Source of the DNA: Melioribacteraceae bacterium
GTDB lineage: Bacteria > Bacteroidota > Ignavibacteria > Ignavibacteriales > Melioribacteraceae
Reading direction: 5' to 3'
Assembly: GCA_022181065.1 (NCBI GenBank)
Contig: BQMY01000080.1
Location: 22,849-86,848, forward strand
DNA: 64,000 nt
Shown here: positions 43,993-53,206 of the stretch, one piece after another
How positions within the stretch are numbered: the stretch's first letter is position 1
Layout of the letters: every line of letters begins with the position of its first letter
Translations under genes and position numbers: made by a program
The notes under the pieces: generated by a model
What the model was told of the DNA's origin: nothing
Databases searched by the model: none
Seen by the model: only the letters and a program-made list of their open reading frames with translations

Positions 43993-46900
43993 ATGAAAAG
44001 TATCACTGTTCTAATTTTATTATTACTATTTGCTGCCCAATCGTTATATGGGCAAGATTTCTACGATATCGAAAATATTAATACTATCGAAATAACATTC
44101 TCTGAATCAAATTGGGATCAGATTCTTGATAATTTATATGCCGCAGGTGACGAAGATCGGCTTGTTGGATCTGCATTGATCAATGGAGAACAATACGACA
44201 GTGTAGGTGTAAGGTACAAGGGAAACAGTACCTATAACCCGAATCAAACGAAAAATCCGTTAAACATTAAGCTTGATCACATAATTGATGATCAAAAACT
44301 TGATGGATACGGTACGTTAAAGTTGGCAAATGTTTACAAGGATCCAAGTTTTGTTCGTGAGGTATTGAGTTACGAAATAGCACGCAAGTATATGCCCGCA
44401 AGCAAAGCAAATTATATAAAAGTAAGTATCAATGGCACATATTTGGGGCTTTATACAAGTGTCCAGTCGGTTGACAAGTTTTTTATGGCAAATAATTTTT
44501 ACAGCAATGATTTCCCTCGTTTTAAAGGGGAACTCACAAATGATTCCCCCCAGAATCAGGTTACGGTGTGGGGTTATCTGGGAGATGATTCCACAAGCTA
44601 TTATGATTATTATGAATTGAAGTCAGATTATGGTTGGGCAGAGTTAATTGAATTTTTAGATGTTCTTAATAATAATTCCGCCACAGTAGAGGAAGTTCTT
44701 GATGTTGACAGACATCTCTGGATGTTGGCATTTGATAACCTATTGGTTAATCTTGATTCACCAATTAATTTCGGGCATAATTATTATTTATACAGGGACG
44801 GAACTGAAAGATTTAATCCGATAATCTGGGATCTGAATGAAAGTTTTGGTGGATTTAGTATGTTATTGTCAGGTCCACCATTGAATACAACGCAGTTGCA
44901 ACAGTTAAGTCCGCTGCTGCACCTTACACACTCCGATTACCCTATAATTAATAAAATTCTCTCTAACCCGACTTTTGAGAAAATATATATTGCCCATATG
45001 AAAACAATATTGGAAGAAAATTTTTCAAACGGAGCCTACGAATCGAGAGCGCTCGAAATACAGGATATCATCGATTCGGAAGTACAAGCGGATCCGTATA
45101 AATTCTATACATATAATGATTTCATAAATAATCTTAATAGTTCGGTAGGATTTGGACCTCAGTCAGTAGTTGGAATCACTCAACTAATGGATGCAAGGGC
45201 AAATTACCTGAATAATCTGGCATCTTTTCAGAGTAGTGCACCGGAAATAAGTAACATCTCAACTACTCCCGCAGCAGCAACTGCCAATAGTGATGTCTGG
45301 ATTACTGCTCAAGCAAATAACGCTACGACAGTAAAGTTGGCTTATCGGTTCATAACCACAGCAAAATTTCAAAAGATTGATATGTTTGATGACGGGAACC
45401 ACAATGACGGCGCAGCAGGTGATGGCATTTATGGAACTCTCGTTGCTCTCGGCTCAACAGATATGCAGTATTATATTTATGCGGAAAATGATGACGCAGT
45501 TAAATTTTCTCCTGAACGGGCTGAATACGAATTTTATAATATAGCCGTAAATAATCAAATAGTAATTAACGAATTTATGGCAGATAATGACAATATTGTT
45601 CAGGATCCTGAAGGTGAATTCGACGATTGGATTGAATTATACAATAATTCTGACACACCGGTTTCGCTAAATGGTTATTATTTGACAGATGAAAGTGATG
45701 AACTCACACAGTGGGTTTTTCCGGACGTTTCAATTGGTGCCCAGTCATATTTGATTATCTGGGCAGATGATGACGAAGATCAGGAAGGTCTGCATGCCAA
45801 CTTTAAATTATCAGCCTCCGGGGAAGAAATATTATTGGTCGCTCCTGATACAACAATTGTTGATCAAGTAAGTTTTGGTGCTCAGGAAACGGATATAAGT
45901 ATGGGCAGATTTCCAAATGGAACCGGTCCATTTGAGATGATGACGCCAACGTTTGGATTAGAAAATCAAATATCCGGTAATTTGAATAGTGAAATTATTG
46001 TAGATGAGGGATGGAATATTCTCTCTATGCCGGTACACGCAGATGATATGATGGTATCAAGTGTATTTCCTGATGCTGCTTCACCAGCATATGCTTTCGA
46101 CGGTGGTTACGTAACCGCTGACGAATTTATGATGGGCGAAGGTTACTGGTTGAAATTTGATGAAGCCGGTTCACATGAAATGATGGGGCAGGCTGTATCA
46201 ATGGCAGTTGGTGTTGATCAGGGTTGGAACATAGTTGGTCCTTTCGATCAGCCTGTAACTACTTCGGAAATTACATCAAATCCGGCAGGAATTCTTGCTT
46301 CTGTCTTTTATGGATTTGATAATGGTTATTCAATTGCTGAAGAACTAACCCCTGGTAAAGGATACTGGATTAAAACTTCAACATCAGGTTTAATAATGTT
46401 ACCAATGCCCGTAGTTGGTAAAAAAGGTGAAGAAGTTAACTCACCAAACGCAGACGCGCTATACACAATCAGTGTTGCTACTGCCGATGGTGCCGCAGGT
46501 TCATACGGACTTATGCTTGGTATCGATCCTGCCGCTACTGATGGTATCGACAGTGACCTTGGTGAAACAGAACTCCCTCCATTACCTCCTGCAGGTGTAT
46601 ATGACGCTCGTATGATACTTCCTGACGGTACAACAGGTTCTCCCGCTGACTACCGCACAGGTGATAACAACTATACGGGTCAGGTTACCTACACACTCAA
46701 GTATCAGCTTGGTGACGGTGGTGCATCAATGACCCTTGATGTTGATATCCCTGAAATACCGGGTACAGTAACAATGACAGTACAGGACCCATTTGGTGGA
46801 GTACTTGTAAATGAAGTTGTAAACGAAGGTGGTGGTCAGGTAGTGGTAACAAATACATCACTGACAGAACTAAAACTTATCGTTGACTACAACGCGCCTA

Positions 46901-47472
46901 TCCCTGTAGAGCTATCCTCATTCGCTGCTAACGTTGTGGGTGAAACAATTCAGTTGGCGTGGGAAACAGCCACAGAGACCAACAACAAGGGATTTGAGGT
47001 AGAAAGAAGTGAAGACAACGCTAAATTCACAAAAGTGGGCTACATAGATGGTAACGGAACGACAAGTGAAAAACAGAGCTACACATTCACAGACCATCAT
47101 GCGGTATCAGGTACATACTACTACAGATTACGTCAGGTTGACTTTGATGGAACATCAAGCTACAGTGACGCTGTAGAGGTAGATTTTGTACCAACAGAAT
47201 ACAGTCTGGGTCAGAACTATCCAAACCCGTTTAACCCGAGTACAAGGATCAAGTTTGCAGTGCCTGTAGATAGTAAGGTAACAGTGACCTTGTACAATAT
47301 GTTGGGACAGAAGGTACAGGATATAGTATCACAGAACTATAGTGTTGGTTTACATGAAGTTGATTTCAACGCGAGTGAGCTGTCAAGTGGTATGTACATC
47401 TACTCAATCACAGCGCAGGGAGTTGACGGAAGTAATTTCGTTGACACCAAAAAAATGATGTTGATGAAATAA
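43993..47472 (+). CDS. T9SS-secreted CotH-family protein with lamin-tail domain
   Basis: CotH-like region (GVRYKGNST, NYIKVSINGTYLGLYT, DNLLVNLDS..NYYLY). LTD (VINEFMADN....DDWIELYN..D..VSLNGYYLTD). Two GWN(I)...G.GYW(L/I)K units. An ELSSF...W.T.TE.NN.GFEVER module. T9SS CTD at the end. Confidence 0.8.
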   Translation: MKSITVLILLLLFAAQSLYGQDFYDIENINTIEITFSESNWDQILDNLYAAGDEDRLVGSALINGEQYDSVGVRYKGNSTYNPNQTKNPLNIKLDHIIDDQKLDGYGTLKLANVYKDPSFVREVLSYEIARKYMPASKANYIKVSINGTYLGLYTSVQSVDKFFMANNFYSNDFPRFKGELTNDSPQNQVTVWGYLGDDSTSYYDYYELKSDYGWAELIEFLDVLNNNSATVEEVLDVDRHLWMLAFDNLLVNLDSPINFGHNYYLYRDGTERFNPIIWDLNESFGGFSMLLSGPPLNTTQLQQLSPLLHLTHSDYPIINKILSNPTFEKIYIAHMKTILEENFSNGAYESRALEIQDIIDSEVQADPYKFYTYNDFINNLNSSVGFGPQSVVGITQLMDARANYLNNLASFQSSAPEISNISTTPAAATANSDVWITAQANNATTVKLAYRFITTAKFQKIDMFDDGNHNDGAAGDGIYGTLVALGSTDMQYYIYAENDDAVKFSPERAEYEFYNIAVNNQIVINEFMADNDNIVQDPEGEFDDWIELYNNSDTPVSLNGYYLTDESDELTQWVFPDVSIGAQSYLIIWADDDEDQEGLHANFKLSASGEEILLVAPDTTIVDQVSFGAQETDISMGRFPNGTGPFEMMTPTFGLENQISGNLNSEIIVDEGWNILSMPVHADDMMVSSVFPDAASPAYAFDGGYVTADEFMMGEGYWLKFDEAGSHEMMGQAVSMAVGVDQGWNIVGPFDQPVTTSEITSNPAGILASVFYGFDNGYSIAEELTPGKGYWIKTSTSGLIMLPMPVVGKKGEEVNSPNADALYTISVATADGAAGSYGLMLGIDPAATDGIDSDLGETELPPLPPAGVYDARMILPDGTTGSPADYRTGDNNYTGQVTYTLKYQLGDGGASMTLDVDIPEIPGTVTMTVQDPFGGVLVNEVVNEGGGQVVVTNTSLTELKLIVDYNAPIPVELSSFAANVVGETIQLAWETATETNNKGFEVERSEDNAKFTKVGYIDGNGTTSEKQSYTFTDHHAVSGTYYYRLRQVDFDGTSSYSDAVEVDFVPTEYSLGQNYPNPFNPSTRIKFAVPVDSKVTVTLYNMLGQKVQDIVSQNYSVGLHEVDFNASELSSGMYIYSITAQGVDGSNFVDTKKMMLMK

Positions 47473-47534
47473 TATAGTGCTGAGTACGAAGTACTGAGTG
47501 CATAGTGGTAGAGACGGCATTAGGTTGGTGAGGC

Positions 47535-47557
47535 GGTCCCTGAGGCACTCGAAGGGC
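47535..47557 (-). repeat. copy of the gcccttcgag..cctcagggacc module (inverted relative to 6786-6809)
   Basis: The reverse complement, gcccttcgagtgcctcagggacc, compares with 6786-6809 gcccttcgagaatcctcagggacc. The flanking blocks of 10 and 11 nt are identical. Confidence 0.6.
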
Positions 47558-47599
47558 TCGAACCCCCGTCCGCTTCAGGAAAAATATAAATATTTTCAC

Positions 47600-47632
47600 C
47601 GGGGATGGTCGCTGACCATCCCTTTTTATTTT
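47600..47632 (+). terminator. rho-independent terminator
   Basis: gggatggt-cgctg-accatccc followed by ttttt, about 130 nt after the CotH gene stop. Confidence 0.65.
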
Positions 47633-47659
47633 TAAAGGTTTTACTCTACCTCACCCTTA

Positions 47660-47673
47660 TTCGCCGCGGCGAA
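47660..47673. repeat. perfect 14-nt palindrome ttcgccgcggcgaa
   Basis: It shares the CCGCGG core with palindrome gaaccgcggttc at 6899-6910. Confidence 0.6.
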
Positions 47674-47738
47674 CCCTCCCGTGCCAGAGGCAGGCGGGCT
47701 TAACAAAGGAGGGGAACAAAAATGTAAGTTTTTTTGAT

Positions 47739-47766
47739 CCCCTACTCCTGATGTCAGGAGAAGGGG
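47739..47766. repeat. GC-rich hairpin cccctactcctga-tg-tcaggagaagggg
   Basis: 12 of 13 paired positions. It sits in the intergenic space between convergent genes. Confidence 0.6.
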
Positions 47767-47858
47767 TAAGGGGTTGAGGTTCGTTTTAAAACTGGAGACA
47801 CCTGCCACAATGGATTGCTCATCTATACATCGCAGCACTTAGCAGGATTTGTCCGGTA

Positions 47859-50711
47859 CTATTTCATCAATATCATTTTTTTGCTGCTGTTAAAATTTTC
47901 AGAGACTACCCGATAGAGATATACACCGCTGCTAACTTTGTTACCGTAATTATCTGTACCGTTCCAGGTGAAGTTGTATCGACCGGCGTTTTTATACCCC
48001 GAAAACAAATCCGCAACTTCCTGTCCGAGCATATTATAAATCTTAAGAGATACGTTACCACCTTCTTTCAAGGATACATTTATTTGTGTACTCGGATTAA
48101 AAGGATTCGGATAATTTTGATCCAGTTTGTAATCTTTAACTTCAGCAGGTTCTTCATCTTCAGTTGAAAGAATTATTTGACCGGGACCCGGGATATTAAC
48201 ATCTGTATAAATGTGAAATTCACCCGGAGCAAGATTAATAACATCCGTTACATTTGAAACGTTGATACTGTCACCGGAAAAGTAATCGTACCACCAGCCT
48301 GTACTTTGGAATTGTGGTATTACATCCGCATTTACCACATCAAAGTTACCAATAACAGTCACATTCATTTCAGAGTGATTAAGATTTATTCTTTTAGCTT
48401 TGTTACCCACAGCAAGAATAAAATCGTCAGTTCGGAATACATCATAAGTTTTTTTAAGTTTTGTTAATTCACTGATAACCTGATATACGGCATAACGATT
48501 TTCTTCTTCCATATATTCCCATTTTGGCGGTTTGGGTGTTAATCTGTCATTGCCTGTACCTGATGGCCAGTTAATTGACAAATCAAAACCAAGTTCGCCA
48601 AACTGCCACAACATTTTCGGACCCGGGATTGTGTAGAAAAACGCAGATGCCAGTTTTACACGATCCAGCGCGGTACTTAGGTTTTTTACATCATAACCGC
48701 CACTTGAGTTGCCATATTCAAGGTTCTTGAACATCATACGTTCTTCATCATGACTTTCCATATATGCCACTCTGTGAGGATCGTTCCAGCCAAGAGATTT
48801 ATAAGAGGTGCCATTAAAGTTGCTTGAATAACCCATCGCTGCTTCCAGATACTCATGGTTCATGTTACCCCAAAGCATCATACCATAATTGGCGAGTTCT
48901 TTCTCTTCGCTGTTGTCTGCAAAATGCTCCAGAATAAGATAAGCATCAGGGTCAACCGCCCAGAGTTTATCCGCGTAATCTTTCCAGATAGCGATGCGGG
49001 ATGCGTCGTATTGTCCCCATAATCCAACATCATTACCTGAATTTACCTGTGTGAAGCCTTTTGATAAATCCATCCTGTAACCGTCAACGTTAAATTCTTC
49101 TATCCAGTATTCCATCACATTGTAAACAAACTGCTTTGTAAGCTCGCTTTCATGGTTCATGTCGTAGCCAACGTTGAATGGATGTCGCGCTACCGTGTTA
49201 AACCACGGATTATCTGATGTAGGATTTCCGTAATTACCCTGATTGAACAATCTCACCATCGGTGATTTACCAAACTGATGATTGAAAACCATATCAAGAA
49301 TTACCGCCATACCACGTTTATGACATTCATCAACAAGTTTTTTCAAATCTTCCGCAGGACCGTAATATTTGTCAACCGCAAAGTAGAATATAGGGTTGTA
49401 ACCCCAGCTGTTGTTACCTTCAAATTCGTTAACAGGCATAAGTTCTATTGCGTTAACGCCGAGTGTTTCGAGGTAGCTTAATGTATCAATGAGTGTCGCG
49501 AAATCATGTTCCGCAAAAAAATCGCGAAGTAATAATTCATAAACTACCAAATCAGTTTTGGCTGGTCTTACGTAGTCTGTTGCTTCCCACTGATATGATT
49601 CTCTTCCTGTTTCAAGAATCGACACAATCTCTTCTGTTTTACCAAGTGGATATTGTTTAAGATTTGGATAAGTAGAGGGTTCAATCCATTTATCTTCATC
49701 GGGGTCGAGTGTTTTATGTGTGTAGGGATCACCAATTCTTAATTCGCCATCAACTAGAAACTGATAAGCATACTCTTCCCCTGGCTGCAGACCGGAAATA
49801 TCTACCCACCATCTGTTTCCATCGGCTGTTTTTTTCATGTAAAAATTGTAATCAGCTTCCCAATCGTTAAAGTCACCAATCACATAGACAAAATCTTTAT
49901 CAGGTGCTGTAAATACGAGTGACACGTTGTTATCATCCCAATAGTTAACGCCTTCCTTGTAGTTGGCGGGATAATCTTCAACAACTACATCCTTGTTTAC
50001 GATATAGTAAAAAGAATCGGCTGAGAATGCACCCTGCGCATTGTAAGCAACAACTTTCACGATTCCTTTTTCTTCCTGTGTAACGGTCAGATTATAATCG
50101 AGAGAAGTTCCTGTAAAACCTTCCAGACGATTTTCATTCAGTAACAGGACAAGTGAGTCAGTTCCTTCGGCTGAAGTTGCCTGAATATTTATCACATCAT
50201 TTAACTCTGCGAAATAAGGCTGCAATGTTGGGGAGGTTATATTCACACCCTGATATAACGGAAGGAATATATCGCCGCCATCGGCTGTTTTCGCTTCGAG
50301 ATAACCGCCACCAACCTGCGATTCACTTCTGAAAACAAAAGAGAGGTCGGTAATTAGATCACTTGCGGTAATAGGTTTATCTGTGGGAGCGTTTAGATAA
50401 TATTGTAGTACTGAAGGAGTAATAACCAATTCGTATAAATCGGTACCGACTCTGGTCATTTTATATCTATCGTCATTATTACCCCATGATGGCGCGGCGT
50501 ACCAGTCGCTTGGTGCTGTACTGCTTTCAAGCAGAACACCCGTGTGCGCGTAAACTGTTCCGCTGAAACCCATAAGTCCCTGGTTACCCAATGTCGCGTC
50601 AAAAGTAACGACGACACTATCATCAGGCGTAAAATAAAACGGTGTCGAGGTAACGAGTTGGGCGCTGAGTGTAACAACGGTTAGTAAAAAAGCGGCTAAA
50701 AACTTTTTCAT
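47859..50711 (-). CDS. T9SS-secreted GH13 alpha-amylase-family enzyme (pullulanase/amylase-like with N-terminal Ig/CBM48-like domains)
   Basis: GH13 regions I (ILDMVFNH), II (VDGYRMDLSKG), III (LILEHF) and IV (YMESHDE). CTD is DQNYPNPFNPSTQI...GVYLYRV. Confidence 0.85.
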   Translation of the reverse strand: MKKFLAAFLLTVVTLSAQLVTSTPFYFTPDDSVVVTFDATLGNQGLMGFSGTVYAHTGVLLESSTAPSDWYAAPSWGNNDDRYKMTRVGTDLYELVITPSVLQYYLNAPTDKPITASDLITDLSFVFRSESQVGGGYLEAKTADGGDIFLPLYQGVNITSPTLQPYFAELNDVINIQATSAEGTDSLVLLLNENRLEGFTGTSLDYNLTVTQEEKGIVKVVAYNAQGAFSADSFYYIVNKDVVVEDYPANYKEGVNYWDDNNVSLVFTAPDKDFVYVIGDFNDWEADYNFYMKKTADGNRWWVDISGLQPGEEYAYQFLVDGELRIGDPYTHKTLDPDEDKWIEPSTYPNLKQYPLGKTEEIVSILETGRESYQWEATDYVRPAKTDLVVYELLLRDFFAEHDFATLIDTLSYLETLGVNAIELMPVNEFEGNNSWGYNPIFYFAVDKYYGPAEDLKKLVDECHKRGMAVILDMVFNHQFGKSPMVRLFNQGNYGNPTSDNPWFNTVARHPFNVGYDMNHESELTKQFVYNVMEYWIEEFNVDGYRMDLSKGFTQVNSGNDVGLWGQYDASRIAIWKDYADKLWAVDPDAYLILEHFADNSEEKELANYGMMLWGNMNHEYLEAAMGYSSNFNGTSYKSLGWNDPHRVAYMESHDEERMMFKNLEYGNSSGGYDVKNLSTALDRVKLASAFFYTIPGPKMLWQFGELGFDLSINWPSGTGNDRLTPKPPKWEYMEEENRYAVYQVISELTKLKKTYDVFRTDDFILAVGNKAKRINLNHSEMNVTVIGNFDVVNADVIPQFQSTGWWYDYFSGDSINVSNVTDVINLAPGEFHIYTDVNIPGPGQIILSTEDEEPAEVKDYKLDQNYPNPFNPSTQINVSLKEGGNVSLKIYNMLGQEVADLFSGYKNAGRYNFTWNGTDNYGNKVSSGVYLYRVVSENFNSSKKMILMK

Positions 50712-50819
50712 CCAATATCCAATTATTTGTTTGTAATAAACTAAAGCAATTTAATATAAAAAAGTGTGGAGAGAGTAAAAACCCAAAAAGGATACTCAAC
50801 AGGAAATGAGGGACGAACG

Positions 50820-52910
50820 TCAGTTATATAACTTCCAATTAAATCCGATCCTGAAGCCCCGGGAGTACATCGGGTAATATGGGAGAACATAGTGGTTTTC
50901 GTCGAGGATATTTTCAAATGCAAAATAGACAATAGCTGCTCGTTGTAATTCGGCGATCACAACAAAGTCAATGTTCAATCCGCTGCTGATCGGAGTTTGA
51001 TTTAACAGTTTCGGATTTCCGCTATTGTCAGGTAGAGAGTGGTAAATTCTCTCATTATAGCGATAATCGTAGAGTGAATATAACTGTTCCGAATTATAAC
51101 GTAGGTTAAACCCGGTTTTTATATTCAGATTGTTGTTGAAATGCACATTACGGTAATATAAACCCCCGGTGAAAGTTAATTCCGGCAGGAATTTATCCTG
51201 TGAATTATATTCAGTGAAATTATAAGACGGATTCAGGAACAACTCAATAAATTTCCAACGTACTTTTGAGTAAAAACTAACACCAATTCTGAAATAATCC
51301 ACTTCTTTATAACCGGATAGCAGATAGTAAGAAGATGTATCGGTAAATCCGTTACTGTAAGGTATCGAGTAATTATCTTTGCTTATTGTGTAACCTGATA
51401 ACCGCGTTTGTATGTTATTAGATTTGAACGAAACAGCAATTTCGTTTATAATGTTTCTTACCGGTTTTTCTTCAGAACTTAGGCTGTTTACCATAAATGG
51501 CTGAGCCTGCTCATTATATGAGGTAGCGGCTGATATTTTGAAATTCTTTAACGGAGAGATGGTTGCAATAAGTCCGGAGCCGTTTGTGTTGTATTTTCGG
51601 TAGCGCCCCAGTTTGGCAAAAAGATTTACATTCACAAACTCGAACGGCTCAAAAAGAGCGTCAGCCGAAAGAAAATAGTTATCGCTGACCACATTCGGAT
51701 ACTCCTCCGCTTCAATCGTTTCATTTCTGTATGAGGCAATCAGATCAAGCTTCACAATGTTTGTAGTGAGTTTTTGGCGTAAAGTTACCGAATAGGATTT
51801 GTCACCATTATCCTCAACCACTCTTGGGAATTCGCTGCTTAAGCCACGTTCATTCTGCCTGAATTTAATTTTATTGTACGAATAATCAACATCGAGTTGT
51901 GTATAGAAGAGCCCAAGAAATCGCGCAATCGACCTGAAATGATATTTTTCCCCTTCATATTTTACGTATCTCGTTGAAATAGACTGGTACGGAAATACCA
52001 CTTCCGCGGCTCTCGGATTAAATATCACTTCCTCGTAATCCTGGGGCAGGTACAACGCCTCGATTTGCTCAATATCTATACCGCCGTTCAATTCCGATTT
52101 AGTGTTATAAAAATTGTAAGAGGCAAAAAGATTAAGATTATTGCTATAAACGTATTTCAGATTAGCGGATGCAGTCCATCCTCCCGCATCACTATTTTCG
52201 TAACGCTGCCCCGATTGAACATTCGAAAAACTGAATCCGCCCGATAGTCTGCCGGTGATAACACGCGCGAAATGACCATTCACCAAACCTTCGTCATCAG
52301 GTCCCTGCAAATATCTCACCCTTGTGAAAGGTTCGCTTCTCAATGTATCTTCCTTCACAAAGTTCAGATAAACAGGGTTTCCCTCAATGTTGTAGATAAA
52401 TCCTTTTGTAATTGAAGGTATTTCGATGGCTTTTATATTTTCGTAATCAAAATTGTTAAAGTTAAACGTGTTGGTAAGTCGGTTGTTGATATTGTCGCCA
52501 TCCATCGCGGCAGTAATTTCCTGGTAACCTAGTCCGTTGAAATATACTTCACCTGTATGCCCTGACAGACCCGGATTTTCGTAAAATCCTCCCGGTAGAA
52601 AATTACTCAAATCACCAAAAGACCTGTAATCTTCGTAATTAAGTTCTTTTTTGCTAATGGAAAAAAATGAAGCTGATGAGCCTAATATTCCTGAATAGAC
52701 AATTGGTTTAAGTGTATCGACTATTACATTTGAAAGTGAGTCGGGTATCCCAAGTAGAGAGTCAGCCTGAACAGAATTACTATCAGTAAAGGTTGAATCT
52801 GTTTTCACGGTAACAGAATCAGCCAATTGATCACCAAAAGGATCAGAAATCTGAGCTGTAGCAATTCCGTAACTTAAAACAAGAGATATAATTATAAATT
52901 TGAGATGCAA
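50820..52910 (-). CDS. outer-membrane beta-barrel protein (putative porin/TonB-receptor-like)
   Basis: 696 aa with a signal peptide and alternating beta-strand pattern throughout. The C-terminus is ..GFRIGFNWKLYN. It lies immediately upstream of GH13 on the same strand. The start appears to be TTG. Confidence 0.6.
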   Translation of the reverse strand: MHLKFIIISLVLSYGIATAQISDPFGDQLADSVTVKTDSTFTDSNSVQADSLLGIPDSLSNVIVDTLKPIVYSGILGSSASFFSISKKELNYEDYRSFGDLSNFLPGGFYENPGLSGHTGEVYFNGLGYQEITAAMDGDNINNRLTNTFNFNNFDYENIKAIEIPSITKGFIYNIEGNPVYLNFVKEDTLRSEPFTRVRYLQGPDDEGLVNGHFARVITGRLSGGFSFSNVQSGQRYENSDAGGWTASANLKYVYSNNLNLFASYNFYNTKSELNGGIDIEQIEALYLPQDYEEVIFNPRAAEVVFPYQSISTRYVKYEGEKYHFRSIARFLGLFYTQLDVDYSYNKIKFRQNERGLSSEFPRVVEDNGDKSYSVTLRQKLTTNIVKLDLIASYRNETIEAEEYPNVVSDNYFLSADALFEPFEFVNVNLFAKLGRYRKYNTNGSGLIATISPLKNFKISAATSYNEQAQPFMVNSLSSEEKPVRNIINEIAVSFKSNNIQTRLSGYTISKDNYSIPYSNGFTDTSSYYLLSGYKEVDYFRIGVSFYSKVRWKFIELFLNPSYNFTEYNSQDKFLPELTFTGGLYYRNVHFNNNLNIKTGFNLRYNSEQLYSLYDYRYNERIYHSLPDNSGNPKLLNQTPISSGLNIDFVVIAELQRAAIVYFAFENILDENHYVLPYYPMYSRGFRIGFNWKLYN

Positions 52911-53048
52911 ACTTATTCCCGAAAGTCTATATGCTAGTTCTAAAAAGAGAATTTAAAAATGTTTCAGCAGGTAACCTATTTAGTCAAATCTCTTCAGTCC
53001 GTCAAGCAATCCCAAATCCATTCATGGAAATGTAGATGATGCAACATT

Positions 53049-53073
53049 GTCATGCCCAACCTGATTGGGCATC
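53049..53073 (+). repeat. 25-nt hairpin element (second copy of the 6652-6677 unit)
   Basis: gtcat-gcccaa-cctga-ttgggc-atc compares with gtcat-acccaa-cttga-ttgggt-atc at 6652-6676. Confidence 0.65.
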
Positions 53074-53206
53074 TCAATATCGCAATAATCTCTGGCTTGA
53101 AATGACTGAATAATTATTTGTCTTAACCTACACTCTGAATTAATGCTTACTATTTATTAAATTTACAAACAAATATAACTGATTGAATAATATAAGAGAA
53201 ATATAT

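Noticed and set aside
47681-47686. TGGCAC (reverse strand) as the -24 element of a sigma-54 promoter; also TGGCAC at 22939-22944
   Set aside because: Neither site is followed by TTGC at the -12 spacing (GGGAG-GGTTC and CGTAT-ATATA follow instead). The second site is inside a coding sequence.
47641-47838. 65-aa minus-strand ORF in the CotH/GH13 spacer
   Set aside because: It reads through palindromic GC-rich repeat units (..PLPLLLTSGVGDQ..). This is a typical repeat-translation artefact.
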